This document shows positions 1 through 9,610 of a stretch of DNA of 64,000 bases, in pieces. The stretch's first letter is position 1. Each line of letters begins with the position of its first letter. The notes under the pieces were generated by a model that did no database searches, was not told where the DNA came from, and worked only from the letters and a program-made list of their open reading frames with translations. This DNA is from an uncultured delta proteobacterium. GTDB taxonomy: Bacteria > Desulfobacterota > Desulfobacteria > Desulfobacterales > B30-G6. Both the position numbers and the translations under genes were made by a program. The stretch lies in the NCBI GenBank assembly GCA_963823335.1, contig CAWGLD010000001.1, positions 192,001-256,000 on the forward strand, given 5' to 3'.

Positions 1-502
1 GATTGTCAGGCCAGAAAACGCTCAGGACCATCTCCTTGGACAGGACACCTTTCCATGGAATACCGCTCTGGACGAGCTCCTCGAGAACGTCTTTTCCCGG
101 AAAAACCAGCAGAGCCCCGATCTGTCGTTTGGCCATTTCATAAACACTGCCCGTAATGATCTGCACCGGCGTCCGTATCATTTTGTGCGAAACGCCCCAT
201 AAAATTGCACCTATATTCTTGGCCTGGAGAACATTTCGGATTTCGTTTCTGAAAACTATGATGATAATGATGGCTGCAAATGCAATAATGCCCTGCATGG
301 CCCAGGTCGTGACGATAAGTCCCATGTAAGCGGCCATGCGCTGAAAGATCCACAGGAAACCGATACCCAAAATCACGCGGAAAACATACGTTCCACGGAA
401 CAGGACGTAAAGACGAAAAAGAAAGTAACTCACTACCAAAATATCGAGGATATCCTGCCAGCGGATATTTGTAAAAAAGGATGCCAGCATGCTCATGACC
501 AT
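1..502 (-). CDS. cdaA: Diadenylate cyclase CdaA/DacA-like membrane protein (5' part; continues beyond window start)
   Basis: Not in ORF track. Manual translation from ATG 502 (TGATG overlap with upstream gene): MVMSMLASFFTNIRWQDILDILVVSYFLFRLYVLFRGT...IIIVFRNEIRNVL...EMAKRQIGALLVFPG...LSKEMVLSVFWPDN. Three TM helices plus the start of a DisA_N domain; the DGA motif would lie just outside the window. Confidence 0.85.
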   Translation of the reverse strand, partial: MVMSMLASFFTNIRWQDILDILVVSYFLFRLYVLFRGTYVFRVILGIGFLWIFQRMAAYMGLIVTTWAMQGIIAFAAIIIIIVFRNEIRNVLQAKNIGAILWGVSHKMIRTPVQIITGSVYEMAKRQIGALLVFPGKDVLEELVQSGIPWKGVLSKEMVLSVFWPDN

Positions 503-939
503 CAATCCGTAACGCTGAATCTAAGGGTTTTCAATGTTTTCTTTGCCTGGTCCTTTATTTCCAGGCGCCAGAGCCCCTTGTCCGCCTCTCTGAGTTGAAT
601 GCTGCTGAACGTCGACCATTTGGGTGGTTGCAGTGTAAGCCGTTTGGTCGTCACCAGGTTGTCGCTGCGGTACCAGTTGTGATAAATCACCATCTTTTGG
701 GGAACATGGTCAAAGGATGTAAAACAGTAAATTTTCCCAATTTCCATGGAAAAGACAACGGCCGCGTTAACCGGCTCAAAGTCTTTAATACTATCGCACA
801 TCACCGCCTGTTCCATGGACAACCCACGCGAGTCCTTGGCGGCAACATCGCTACCACTCTCCTCAGCCATCAGTCCACCGGAAGTCAAAGATCCGGCCCA
901 CAAAAGCATGATCACCAGTAAGTATCGTTTACGTATCAA
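502..939 (-). CDS. Exported DUF2914-like protein
   Basis: Signal peptide; IYCFT...HNWY...WSTFSS...GLWRLEI pattern typical of DUF2914. Confidence 0.65.
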   Translation of the reverse strand: MIRKRYLLVIMLLWAGSLTSGGLMAEESGSDVAAKDSRGLSMEQAVMCDSIKDFEPVNAAVVFSMEIGKIYCFTSFDHVPQKMVIYHNWYRSDNLVTTKRLTLQPPKWSTFSSIQLREADKGLWRLEIKDQAKKTLKTLRFSVTD

Positions 940-1402
940 TGTGTTCCTCTATATATGAATGAATACCGTCAATACAATCGCGTATCAGTTTTGCGGTCTC
1001 CGTGTAGATATCCAGACCGCCGCCCACGGGATCCTGCATGTCATACGGTTTCCGGGAGTTATCGAATCGACTCAGTAGATGTGTCTTTCCAGCCCCGAAC
1101 AATTGCATCCTGCGAATGGTTTTTAAATGGTATTGCTCCATGGCCAGAATCAGGTCGGCCTCAGCGACCATGGATCTGTTCAGCCTTCTAGCACGATGGT
1201 CGGAAATGTCAATGCCATAGTACTTCATTACCTGTGTGGCAAAAACTGTGGGCTGGTTCCCATGAAGTGCGTCTGTTCCTGCGGATGAAACCGTGACGAA
1301 TTCCTTGAGTTGTTCCGGCATGAAATAGCGGAGCATCCCCATGGCCATCGGGCTTCGGCAGATATTTCCTGTACAGACAATCAGAATGTGAAATCTTTCC
1401 AA
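929..1402 (-). CDS. Low-molecular-weight protein tyrosine/arginine phosphatase
   Basis: CTGNICRS P-loop, SSAGT, DLILAME, DP motif; TTG start with GAGG RBS. Confidence 0.92.
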   Translation of the reverse strand: MERFHILIVCTGNICRSPMAMGMLRYFMPEQLKEFVTVSSAGTDALHGNQPTVFATQVMKYYGIDISDHRARRLNRSMVAEADLILAMEQYHLKTIRRMQLFGAGKTHLLSRFDNSRKPYDMQDPVGGGLDIYTETAKLIRDCIDGIHSYIEEHIDT

Positions 1403-1522
1403 AGTAATTGCCTCGGCCCTTGATCAAATGTGATAAATGATCGTTCTGATACGGATCTTCATCCAATTTTTGAGATAACTTCTAATAATAGATTTTCTTT
1501 TCGTGGCCGTCAAGGATGCTTA

Positions 1523-1551
1523 TTGACTTATTTTCAATAATATTTCATAAT
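1523..1551 (+). promoter_or_regulatory. Putative sigma70 promoter of PilZ/peptidase genes
   Basis: TTGACT-17 bp-CATAAT. Confidence 0.5.
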
Positions 1552-1624
1552 ATTTTCTCAACAAAGTCAGCTAACATACCCGTCGAAACTCCCAGCATGC
1601 CCGTAGCCATTGAAGGAGTTCTTT

Positions 1625-2026
1625 ATGGTAGACAGTCAAAATTTTACCGAAAAAAATGACGTTACGCTTCAGCTGTTCAAACGGATTCTGGAAATAACAG
1701 ATGGCGAAAGGCTGGATCTTCTCGAACAATTGAGAAAGGCTCCCGTGCAAGAGCTGAGCCTGGGAGATAGGGACAGCATCCGGCGCATATACGACCAGAC
1801 CATTACCTTTTTCACACAAAATCGTCAGTATAGGGCGCTTTGCAAAAATATCAGCAATGACGGTATCTTCATACAAACCTCGGAAATATTTCGGTTAGGA
1901 CAGTTGGTAACCCTCGACATCCCGTTCAGTGATGGAAAGGAGTCCATAACTGTTCCGGCTGAAATTGTACACGTAAACCCCGACGGGATCGGGTTGCAGT
2001 TCATAAAAAAAGAAACCGAACTATAG
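1625..2026 (+). CDS. PilZ-domain protein (c-di-GMP receptor)
   Basis: RDSIR (RxxxR) and NISNDG motifs, ends GIGLQF; AAGGAG RBS before ATG 1625. Confidence 0.85.
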   Translation: MVDSQNFTEKNDVTLQLFKRILEITDGERLDLLEQLRKAPVQELSLGDRDSIRRIYDQTITFFTQNRQYRALCKNISNDGIFIQTSEIFRLGQLVTLDIPFSDGKESITVPAEIVHVNPDGIGLQFIKKETEL

Positions 2027-2034
2027 GGCATCTC

Positions 2035-3246
2035 ATGACCACCCGGCCTGGGCCCGATATCACCCCCATTCCCACCACCGAAATACGTCGTCGACTCTCA
2101 CACCTCCAGAAATCATTTCAGCAGAAAGGGATCGATGGCAGCCTGATTGTTCAACGGGTCGACCTTTTATATTTTTCAGGGACAGCGCAGGATGGTGCCT
2201 TGTATGTTCCCTCCCATGGCGAGCCGGTTCTGTTCATCAAACGCTATTTTCCGAGAGCACGCAAAGAATCTCCCCTGCATCAAATTGTCCCTGTCGACGC
2301 ATTCCGGGATCTTCCCGGTTGTCTGCTCAACCATTATGGTTCCCCCCCCAAAACCCTGGGTCTCGAATTTGATGTCATGCCGGTTGCAGAATTTCGATTT
2401 TTTCAGAAAAACTTCCCTGGCACGAAATTTGTGGATGCCTCCACATCGATACTGGGTGTACGTAAAATCAAGTCGTCCTGGGATATTCAGCAGATGGAAC
2501 GTACCGCTGAAATGTCCTCTCTGACCTTTGATTACATGCGCCGTGTACTGAGGCCCGGTCTCTCTGAAATGGCGTTTGCCGGCCTGTTTGAAAACTTCGC
2601 CAGAAGCCAAGGACACGCCGGTGGATTACGCGTACGCAACTACCGTACCGAAGGGTATTCCTGGCATGTATTGAGCGGTAGGAGCGGTGGCATGACCGGG
2701 GTACTGGATTCCCCTGCAAGCGGTGAAGGAAGCTCATATGCCTTTCCGTGTGGCGCAGGAAACAAAAACATCAATGCCGAAGAACCGGTTATGGTCGATT
2801 TTGCATCGGTTTTGAATGGTTTTCATATGGATGAAACCCGGATGTTCGCCATCGGACGGATGCCGGACAATGCCCTGCAGGCCGCCCAGGCCGCCGTCAC
2901 GATCCACCAGGAACTGCTGCACATCATCAAGCCCGGAATGTGTGCCCACGACCTTTTTTCGCAGGCCCTCCATATGGCCGAGTCCCTGGGCTACAAGGAA
3001 AGCTATCTCGGTATTCCCGGACACCAGGTTTCCTTCATCGGGCACGGTATCGGTTATGAACTCATCGAACCACCCATCATCGCCTACGCCAAAGAAGACC
3101 TCCTGCTGCCCGGCATGACCATTGCCCTGGAACCAAAATTTGTTTTTGAAGATGCCTTTTCAGCAGGCATTGAATCTGTTTTTCTGGTAACGGACACAGG
3201 CGCCCGCCTGATCTCACAGACACCGGCGGAGATATTTATAACTTAA
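2035..3246 (+). CDS. Xaa-Pro peptidase (M24 family)
   Basis: Creatinase-like N domain; D..D, GHGIG, ALEP, GIES metal ligands. Confidence 0.9.
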   Translation: MTTRPGPDITPIPTTEIRRRLSHLQKSFQQKGIDGSLIVQRVDLLYFSGTAQDGALYVPSHGEPVLFIKRYFPRARKESPLHQIVPVDAFRDLPGCLLNHYGSPPKTLGLEFDVMPVAEFRFFQKNFPGTKFVDASTSILGVRKIKSSWDIQQMERTAEMSSLTFDYMRRVLRPGLSEMAFAGLFENFARSQGHAGGLRVRNYRTEGYSWHVLSGRSGGMTGVLDSPASGEGSSYAFPCGAGNKNINAEEPVMVDFASVLNGFHMDETRMFAIGRMPDNALQAAQAAVTIHQELLHIIKPGMCAHDLFSQALHMAESLGYKESYLGIPGHQVSFIGHGIGYELIEPPIIAYAKEDLLLPGMTIALEPKFVFEDAFSAGIESVFLVTDTGARLISQTPAEIFIT

Positions 3247-3250
3247 CGAA

Positions 3251-3461
3251 AGGGTTCGAGGGTGAGACAAGGGGTGGAGGGTCGGAAGGGTGGAGAATCG
3301 AAGGGTTGGAGGGTTGGAGGGGAAAAAACAAGAGTCTGAGGGTTGAAGATTTAGCAGATAGCTGTCAGCACTCCTCCGACCCTTGTATCACCCCCCGACC
3401 CTTATATCACCCTCCAACCCTTCGATTCTCCAACCCTCCAACCCTTCAAACCTCAGACCCT
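3251..3461. repeat. G-rich octamer (GGGTTSGA) tandem tract followed by its inverted C-rich tract
   Basis: gggttcgagggt...gggttggagggttggagggg then ccctccaacccttcg...ccctccaaccctt between convergent genes. Confidence 0.75.
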
Positions 3462-4196
3462 CTATTTCGGTGTCGGCTGCACCCACCTGTTTTTATTCCC
3501 GTCATAAAACCATTTATCCGGGAAACCACTGCGCTTCAGAAAACTCGGTTCTTCGGCCCATGCCATCAAGGCTTCATATGCCTGGTGAATCTTGCGGAAG
3601 GCGTCCTCGTCGCCACCCATGTCGGGATGAACGATTCTGGCCTGACGCCGGTAAGCTGATTTGATAACCTGTTTGAGTTTCTTTGAATGGAGTGCTTCCC
3701 TATCGAGCTTCAGATACACCAGAGACTTACCGCTCCCTTTGACAGCAGGAATTTTCACGATCTCCGGCTGGATCGATTCCCGCGAGAACGCCTGCGGGGT
3801 CGCCTGATTCAGCACATGCCGGGAGGCAAGATACTCCCGATTGGTCCGCTTCATCTCCCCCCACCAGGCATTCCCCAAAACATTGCACAGCTCTGAAAAA
3901 TCCTCCACCGGCTTCCTGTCCAGGGACCTGCTATAAAGAAAACTGTATATTTTTCCTGAACCAAGTGGGAGAACATCCATGATCAACAAGGCCTCCGTAA
4001 AATAAAACGTTGCATAGCGCGCATTGAGGGCTTTCAAGAGACCGGTGCGGATGTTCAGCTGATGCCGCAGTTTTTTTCTGCACGCCACGGAGCAGTATTT
4101 TCGAGTACCTGTGTTTTCCGTGGTACCACACGACAGACATCTGTTCAAATCAGCAGCAGGAAGCTTGTTGCGCCGAGTTTGTAAGGGGTTGCCCAT
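3462..4196 (-). CDS. J-domain protein with N-terminal Cys4 zinc finger
   Basis: CLSC...YCSVAC; IKSAYRRQARIVHPDMGGD...FRKIHQAYEAL; start could be 4256. Confidence 0.8.
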   Translation of the reverse strand: MGNPLQTRRNKLPAADLNRCLSCGTTENTGTRKYCSVACRKKLRHQLNIRTGLLKALNARYATFYFTEALLIMDVLPLGSGKIYSFLYSRSLDRKPVEDFSELCNVLGNAWWGEMKRTNREYLASRHVLNQATPQAFSRESIQPEIVKIPAVKGSGKSLVYLKLDREALHSKKLKQVIKSAYRRQARIVHPDMGGDEDAFRKIHQAYEALMAWAEEPSFLKRSGFPDKWFYDGNKNRWVQPTPK

Positions 4197-4368
4197 ATGT
4201 TCTATATTCCATTTCGACACGTCACTGCTCGTTGGACATGGCGGAATTTCGACCATGCCCGCTGGTGAGACGTTTCATTTTAAAAAAATAAATTGAAAAA
4301 TGATACCATTTTATTTATATTCCTAATTAATTGCTTGAATCGATCCAAGAATCCGGGAGAATACGCAT

Positions 4369-4854
4369 ATGAAAATTATCGAAACAAATGCATTTCATAC
4401 CTTCTATGCAAATGCAGACGATACGGTGAAAATCATATGTCCGAAATGCAGCCTTTCAAAAATATTCGAAACCAGTGACTACAAAACATCCAACCGGGGT
4501 ATCAAAGCAAAATGTACCTGCGGCAATGTATTTCGTTGCATCATCGAATTCAGGAAATTTTATCGTAAAACCGTGGATCTTGCCGGTGACTATCGCAATG
4601 AAGAATCAGGTGATGCCGGCAGGATGGCTGTCGAAAGCATTTCCCTCAGCGGTATTGATTTTGTCAATTTAACCTCCGGGAATCTTATCATGAAGAACGA
4701 CATCCTGGAGGTTTCCTTTTATCTGGACGACAACAATCAAACATTTATCCAACGTAAGGCAAAAGTTACCGCCTCGGAAAACAATTCCATCAATGCGGTA
4801 TTTATCAAATTTCAACCCTATGACAAGGACCTGGGTTTCTACCTGTTGCCCTGA
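4369..4854 (+). CDS. Zinc-ribbon plus PilZ-like domain protein
   Basis: CPKC...CTC; RKFYR and SISLSG motifs. Confidence 0.7.
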   Translation: MKIIETNAFHTFYANADDTVKIICPKCSLSKIFETSDYKTSNRGIKAKCTCGNVFRCIIEFRKFYRKTVDLAGDYRNEESGDAGRMAVESISLSGIDFVNLTSGNLIMKNDILEVSFYLDDNNQTFIQRKAKVTASENNSINAVFIKFQPYDKDLGFYLLP

Positions 4855-4959
4855 CCCGGGGCTTCCATCAACATCGATGGTCTCCCCTTGACAAAATCCC
4901 ATGGCTCCATGTAACCCGGACAAACCATTCTTTTATAACAGTCAGGAGACATTGGCAGT

Positions 4960-5268
4960 ATGGCACAAGTCCTCAAGAAATACTTTCTGTATGCAATCAT
5001 CGCCGGCTTTTTCTACGCACTGTTAGGGTACCATTTTATTTATACAGGCGGCGAAAATGTCAACATCATGGACTCGGTCAGAGTCCTTAAAAAAGAAAAG
5101 CTCAACCTCCGCTACACCTTCTTCAGCGTTCAGAAAAAGAAACCGGACACCATCATGAAAATCGATGTTCTCCGGGACGCCGGGATCGGTGATATCCTTG
5201 TGGAGTACGACATTATCACGGAAGAAGCAAAAATCGCTCTTGAAAATAAATACCTCTACGAAGAATAG
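4960..5268 (+). CDS. Hypothetical protein with N-terminal membrane anchor
   Basis: AGGAG RBS, hydrophobic N-terminus, operonic spacing. Confidence 0.7.
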   Translation: MAQVLKKYFLYAIIAGFFYALLGYHFIYTGGENVNIMDSVRVLKKEKLNLRYTFFSVQKKKPDTIMKIDVLRDAGIGDILVEYDIITEEAKIALENKYLYEE

Positions 5269-5284
5269 AAACGAGGCATCCATC

Positions 5285-6877
5285 ATGATGAAAGATAGCG
5301 ATCGGAAAGCGGCGGCGCCTAAAGGAAGACAGCGCATAGGGGACTCATTCGTCGACAGCAAGCTCATCACCAAAGAACAACTACGGCAGGCGCTTACAAA
5401 ACAAAACCAGGCAGGTGGACAACTGGGTTCCATTCTCCTCGAACTGGGGTATATCGTTATCGAAGACCTGTTGGCTTTTTTGAGTCGACAGAGCGGTATT
5501 CAGACCGTCAATCTCTTTACTATCGATATCGAGAAATCCGTTCTCGATCTGATACCACGGGAAAAGATCTTCAACGCCAAAATACTGCCGGTATCTGCAG
5601 ACCAGACCACCCTCACCCTGGCCATGGTCAACCCCAACGACTTTGAAATCATCAGCGAACTCGGATTTTCTCTGGGCAAGAAAATAAAACCGGTGATGAT
5701 TCCCTCTTTTATGATGGAAGCGGCCAGAAAAATCCTCTTGACAGGTGCCTCGCGTGGTCTGCAGGGGGAATTGATCCAGAGGATGGTTGAAGATTCCTGG
5801 GAAAAAACGAGCAAGGCGCCGCCCTTTATATCACTGTTGCAATACCTGTCAAAATCCGATGCCAGCGACATGCTCCTGACACCGGGCGCACCCCCCTGCA
5901 TCAAAATCAGCAACGAAGTGAAACGGCTGAATATGGCGCCGCTCACACCGGAGGATTGCGAAGAATATGCCAGGGAGTTTTTGTCCGCTGAAGACTGGGA
6001 GCTCTTTGTGGCCAGCAATGACATAGGTTTTGCCGTCACATATCCGAGTATCGGCCGTTTCAGAGCGAATATTTTCAGGCAGAGGGGGTCCATTGCCATT
6101 GCCATTCGAAACCTACCGGAAACGATCCCTTCATTTTCACAACTCAATCTTCCTGCCTGGCTGAGGGATTTTTGCCTCAAGCCCCAGGGATTGATTCTGA
6201 TTGCCGGACCTGCCGGACACGGCAAGTCAACAACCCTCTGCGCTCTTGTGGACATCATCAATACCAACAGGCGATGCAACATCGTGACCCTTGAAGACCC
6301 GGTGGAATATCTTCACCAGCACAAGATGAGCAACATCAACCAGCGTCAGGTCGGCAGGGATACCCACTCCTTCAGCGAAGGTCTGCGAAATGTATTTCGC
6401 CAGGCACCGGACGTCATCGTCATCGGGGAAATGCGCGACAAGGAAAGCTATGAGATCGCAATAAAAGCTGCTTCCACCGGCCATCTGGTACTGAGCACGA
6501 TCCACGCCAACAGCTCCACTTCCGTCATCGAAACCGTGATTAATTCCTTTGAACCTCACGAACAGAATCTTGTGCGCCAGATGTTGGCCGACTGTCTTCT
6601 GCTCTGTCTGGCCCAGCGTCTGATTCCTCCCAGGAAAGGGGCTCGCCGGGTCCTGGCGCTGGAAAAGCTGATCAACAGTCACCGTATCAAGAAACGTATC
6701 CGGGAAGAAAAAACCCACCATGTCCGCTCACAAATGCAAGCCGGAACCGAAGATTTTGTGTCCCTGGATGTGTCCCTGGCGAATCTTTACAAGAAAAATG
6801 TCATCCGGCTCGAAGACGGCGCCTTATATGCCGAAGACGAGCTCTTCTTCCGGGAATTAACTTCTGGAAAACTATGA
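5285..6877 (+). CDS. PilT/PilU-family ATPase with N-terminal MshEN/GSPII-E N domain
   Basis: RIGDSF...LITKEQLRQALTKQ...QLGSILLELGYI; Walker A GPAGHGKS, TLEDPVE, GEMRD, TGHLVLSTIH; RBS GAGG before 5285/5288. Confidence 0.85.
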   Translation: MMKDSDRKAAAPKGRQRIGDSFVDSKLITKEQLRQALTKQNQAGGQLGSILLELGYIVIEDLLAFLSRQSGIQTVNLFTIDIEKSVLDLIPREKIFNAKILPVSADQTTLTLAMVNPNDFEIISELGFSLGKKIKPVMIPSFMMEAARKILLTGASRGLQGELIQRMVEDSWEKTSKAPPFISLLQYLSKSDASDMLLTPGAPPCIKISNEVKRLNMAPLTPEDCEEYAREFLSAEDWELFVASNDIGFAVTYPSIGRFRANIFRQRGSIAIAIRNLPETIPSFSQLNLPAWLRDFCLKPQGLILIAGPAGHGKSTTLCALVDIINTNRRCNIVTLEDPVEYLHQHKMSNINQRQVGRDTHSFSEGLRNVFRQAPDVIVIGEMRDKESYEIAIKAASTGHLVLSTIHANSSTSVIETVINSFEPHEQNLVRQMLADCLLLCLAQRLIPPRKGARRVLALEKLINSHRIKKRIREEKTHHVRSQMQAGTEDFVSLDVSLANLYKKNVIRLEDGALYAEDELFFRELTSGKL

Positions 6878-7575
6878 ACGATTTGAATTTCACCCAATAC
6901 TTGCAAGCCACAGAAATTATCGACAGTCATCACCCGGACATCAAGGCCTATGCCCGGAAAATAACCGAACATACCCAGAACCACCCCCTTGAGCTTGCTG
7001 TCGCCGTCTATTATGCTGTCAGAGACGATATCCGCTATGACCCCTATTACCCGTTTTTCCTTCCCGAACATTACCGGGCAAGTCGGGTGCTGCAAAACAG
7101 GCGGGGTTACTGTGTCTGCAAGGCATCGCTCCTCTGTGCCCTGGGCCGACACCTCGGTATTCCCTCGCGGCTGGGCTTTGCCACCGTGCGCAACCACCTG
7201 GCGACTCGTGAACTGCTGGACTTCCTCGGCTCTGATCTGTTTGTCTTCCATGGCTACACCGAGTTCTTTCTGAATGACAAATGGGTCAAGGCAACCCCCG
7301 CCTTCAACAAAGAACTCTGCCATCGGCACCATGTAACCCCCCTCGAATTCACTGGTCACGAAGATTCTGTTTTCCAGGCTTATAACCTCGAGGATAAACG
7401 CTTCATGGAATATGTGGACGATCACGGTGTATATGCGGATATCCCCATAAAAACAATCTTGGCTGCCTGGGAAAAAACCTACGGCAGGGAGCGGGTTCAA
7501 GGCTGGATGCGTCTTTTTGAATCCAACGCACATTACAGGAGAAATTTTGACATGGAAACCGTCGTGAGCTATTAG
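6874..7575 (+). CDS. Transglutaminase-like protein
   Basis: YYAVRDDIRY, GYCVCKA (catalytic Cys), FHGY, WVKATPAF; ATGA overlap. Confidence 0.85.
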   Translation: MNDLNFTQYLQATEIIDSHHPDIKAYARKITEHTQNHPLELAVAVYYAVRDDIRYDPYYPFFLPEHYRASRVLQNRRGYCVCKASLLCALGRHLGIPSRLGFATVRNHLATRELLDFLGSDLFVFHGYTEFFLNDKWVKATPAFNKELCHRHHVTPLEFTGHEDSVFQAYNLEDKRFMEYVDDHGVYADIPIKTILAAWEKTYGRERVQGWMRLFESNAHYRRNFDMETVVSY

Positions 7576-7602
7576 TATGGACCGGTGGTTTCGGGTCAGG
7601 TA

Positions 7603-8052
7603 TCACAAGAGAGGTTTGACAGGCTTGCACGGTTTGAGCTGGATGGTGGTCAGGCTCTGAATCGTAATTTCATCCAGCCGCTTGAACATGGCCTCGCTGG
7701 CCTCGATCCAGACCCAGCGGGAAAGACAGTCCCCTGCCCGGTTGCACACACCGCAGAGTCTGTCTTCCGTCTCCGCACAGTCGGTGATGACCGTTGTCTT
7801 TTCCAGGGTCCGGACAATATCCCCCACAGTAATATCAACTGGTAATTTTTTCAGCATGTGGCCGCCATAGGGCCCTCTCTGACTCTTGATCAGCCCGGCT
7901 TTTTTCAGTTTTCGAATCAGATGTTCAAGATATTTCAGAGAGATATTCTGACGTTTGGATACATCGCCCAGGGGAACCGGACCATTCTGGGCATTGATCG
8001 CCAGATCAAGAATGAGTCGGGTTCCATACCTACTCTTGGTTGTCAGTCTCAT
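7603..8052 (-). CDS. rrf2: Rrf2-family transcriptional regulator of hmc operon
   Basis: MRLTTKSRYGTR, ISLKYLE, SQRGPYGGH, Cys cluster DC...LCGVC...DC; last gene of hmc unit. Confidence 0.9.
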   Translation of the reverse strand: MRLTTKSRYGTRLILDLAINAQNGPVPLGDVSKRQNISLKYLEHLIRKLKKAGLIKSQRGPYGGHMLKKLPVDITVGDIVRTLEKTTVITDCAETEDRLCGVCNRAGDCLSRWVWIEASEAMFKRLDEITIQSLTTIQLKPCKPVKPLL

Positions 8053-9571
8053 TTTTTTCTGTTTCCTGCCCAATTCCAGAGAGATCCATCATCTTGGACA
8101 GGCCCGATTGCGCTTTGGGCAGACAAATCTGGAACCGGGACCCCTTTCGGATCTCGGATTCTACGCTGATGCTGCCACCGTGCTGACGGATTACACGGTT
8201 GGCGATAAACAATCCCAGCCCTGTCCCCTGGGAACCTTTTGAGGTAAAAAAGAGCGTAAACATCTTTTCCCTGGTTTCCTGGTCCATTCCCATGCCGTTG
8301 TCCTTGATGATAAAACAGATGCGCTCGTTGGCTACTTCAAAGGCATCGAATGTTACGATGTGATCCTCCTTGCTGCGATCATAGGTACAGGCATCGATGG
8401 CGTTTTCAACAAAATTGACCAGGGCGGCCTGGAGCCAGGTTGGATCGACATCGATAATGCCCATGGAAGGTGATATGTTCGCCTCCAGTCGCACCCCGTT
8501 TTTGGATGCTATGGCCATGGCATCGCCGACGACTTTTTCGGCCATCTCTGCAATATCGATGGATTGGTAACACAGCTCCCTCGACTTTGCATAATAAAGG
8601 ATCTCCAGCACCATCTTGCGGATTCTTCCGGTCATCTGCTTGACCTGGCCGAATGCCCGCTGTGTCCGTTTCGGGTCGCTTTTTTCCAGACCTGTCTCGA
8701 GCTGGTAGACACCCCCATCCAGAGCCGTGAGCATCCCCTTGACTCCATGGGACATGGATCCGATCATGAGCCCCAGAGACGTCAGATGATCCTGGAGCTG
8801 CCGGATCTGGGTAATGTTGGTGGACATCTCCATGACCTGGGTAATCTCTCCTTTACCATTGCGTATGGGTGCGGTCCAGGTCAGTACGTTGTATTGCTTA
8901 CCCGACTGGGATGTTACAACCTCTTCGGTGGTGTGGGGACGCCCGTCCTCGAAGGTGTCCGCCACGGGACATTCCTGGCAGGGCGAGCTCCTGTGTTTGT
9001 ATACCGAGAAGCAGTGGGAGCCAATTTCGTCTCCAAAATCCTTCTTGAACATCTTGTTGGTGGCCGTGAGGCGAAACTGTCTGTCCTGTACGGAAATGTA
9101 ACAGGGGACCTCATCGAACAGCTGTTGAAACAGATTCTGGGTATGGCGAAAACTTTTCAGTTTTTTCTCATTCGCCTCGAGCCGGCTGTTCAATGAAATC
9201 CAGGACCTGGCCTGATACAACGCCATATCCAGGGCGGTGCTCTTGACCGGTTTTACCAGGTAATGCACCGCGTCATGCTTCAGTTCCGCCATGGCATGAT
9301 CAAATTGTTCCGGTGTCACCATGACGATAATCTGCAGCTTCGGGTGGGCGGTCTTGATCTGCTTTAACAGAGATACCATCTCCATGTCCGGAAGCCCCGG
9401 ATCGGCCAGGATGACTTCCGCATTGATATTATCGAACACTACCATGACATCTTCACAGGTGGAAGCCATATAGGCCTCCATTCGCTTCCGTTCCAGGTAA
9501 ACGCCCAGTGCCTTGGCATGACTGGTATCTTTGTCTATGATAAGTATTTCATCGGGCATGAATGGTTCCAT
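8030..9571 (-). CDS. Receiver-PAS sensor histidine kinase
   Basis: Degenerate REC, PAS with HC...PCQECP, H-box SHGVKG, N-box NFVENAIDA, DNGMGM, FFTSK, GTGLGL. Confidence 0.92.
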   Translation of the reverse strand: MEPFMPDEILIIDKDTSHAKALGVYLERKRMEAYMASTCEDVMVVFDNINAEVILADPGLPDMEMVSLLKQIKTAHPKLQIIVMVTPEQFDHAMAELKHDAVHYLVKPVKSTALDMALYQARSWISLNSRLEANEKKLKSFRHTQNLFQQLFDEVPCYISVQDRQFRLTATNKMFKKDFGDEIGSHCFSVYKHRSSPCQECPVADTFEDGRPHTTEEVVTSQSGKQYNVLTWTAPIRNGKGEITQVMEMSTNITQIRQLQDHLTSLGLMIGSMSHGVKGMLTALDGGVYQLETGLEKSDPKRTQRAFGQVKQMTGRIRKMVLEILYYAKSRELCYQSIDIAEMAEKVVGDAMAIASKNGVRLEANISPSMGIIDVDPTWLQAALVNFVENAIDACTYDRSKEDHIVTFDAFEVANERICFIIKDNGMGMDQETREKMFTLFFTSKGSQGTGLGLFIANRVIRQHGGSISVESEIRKGSRFQICLPKAQSGLSKMMDLSGIGQETEKNETDNQE

Positions 9572-9610
9572 TCCACTGATGACAGCGGCAGATCAGTCCG
9601 ATCGGTCGCT

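Noticed and set aside
5165-5284. Extended N-terminus of the PilT-like ORF
   Set aside because: Overlaps the upstream gene out of frame; the RBS supports a start at 5285/5288.
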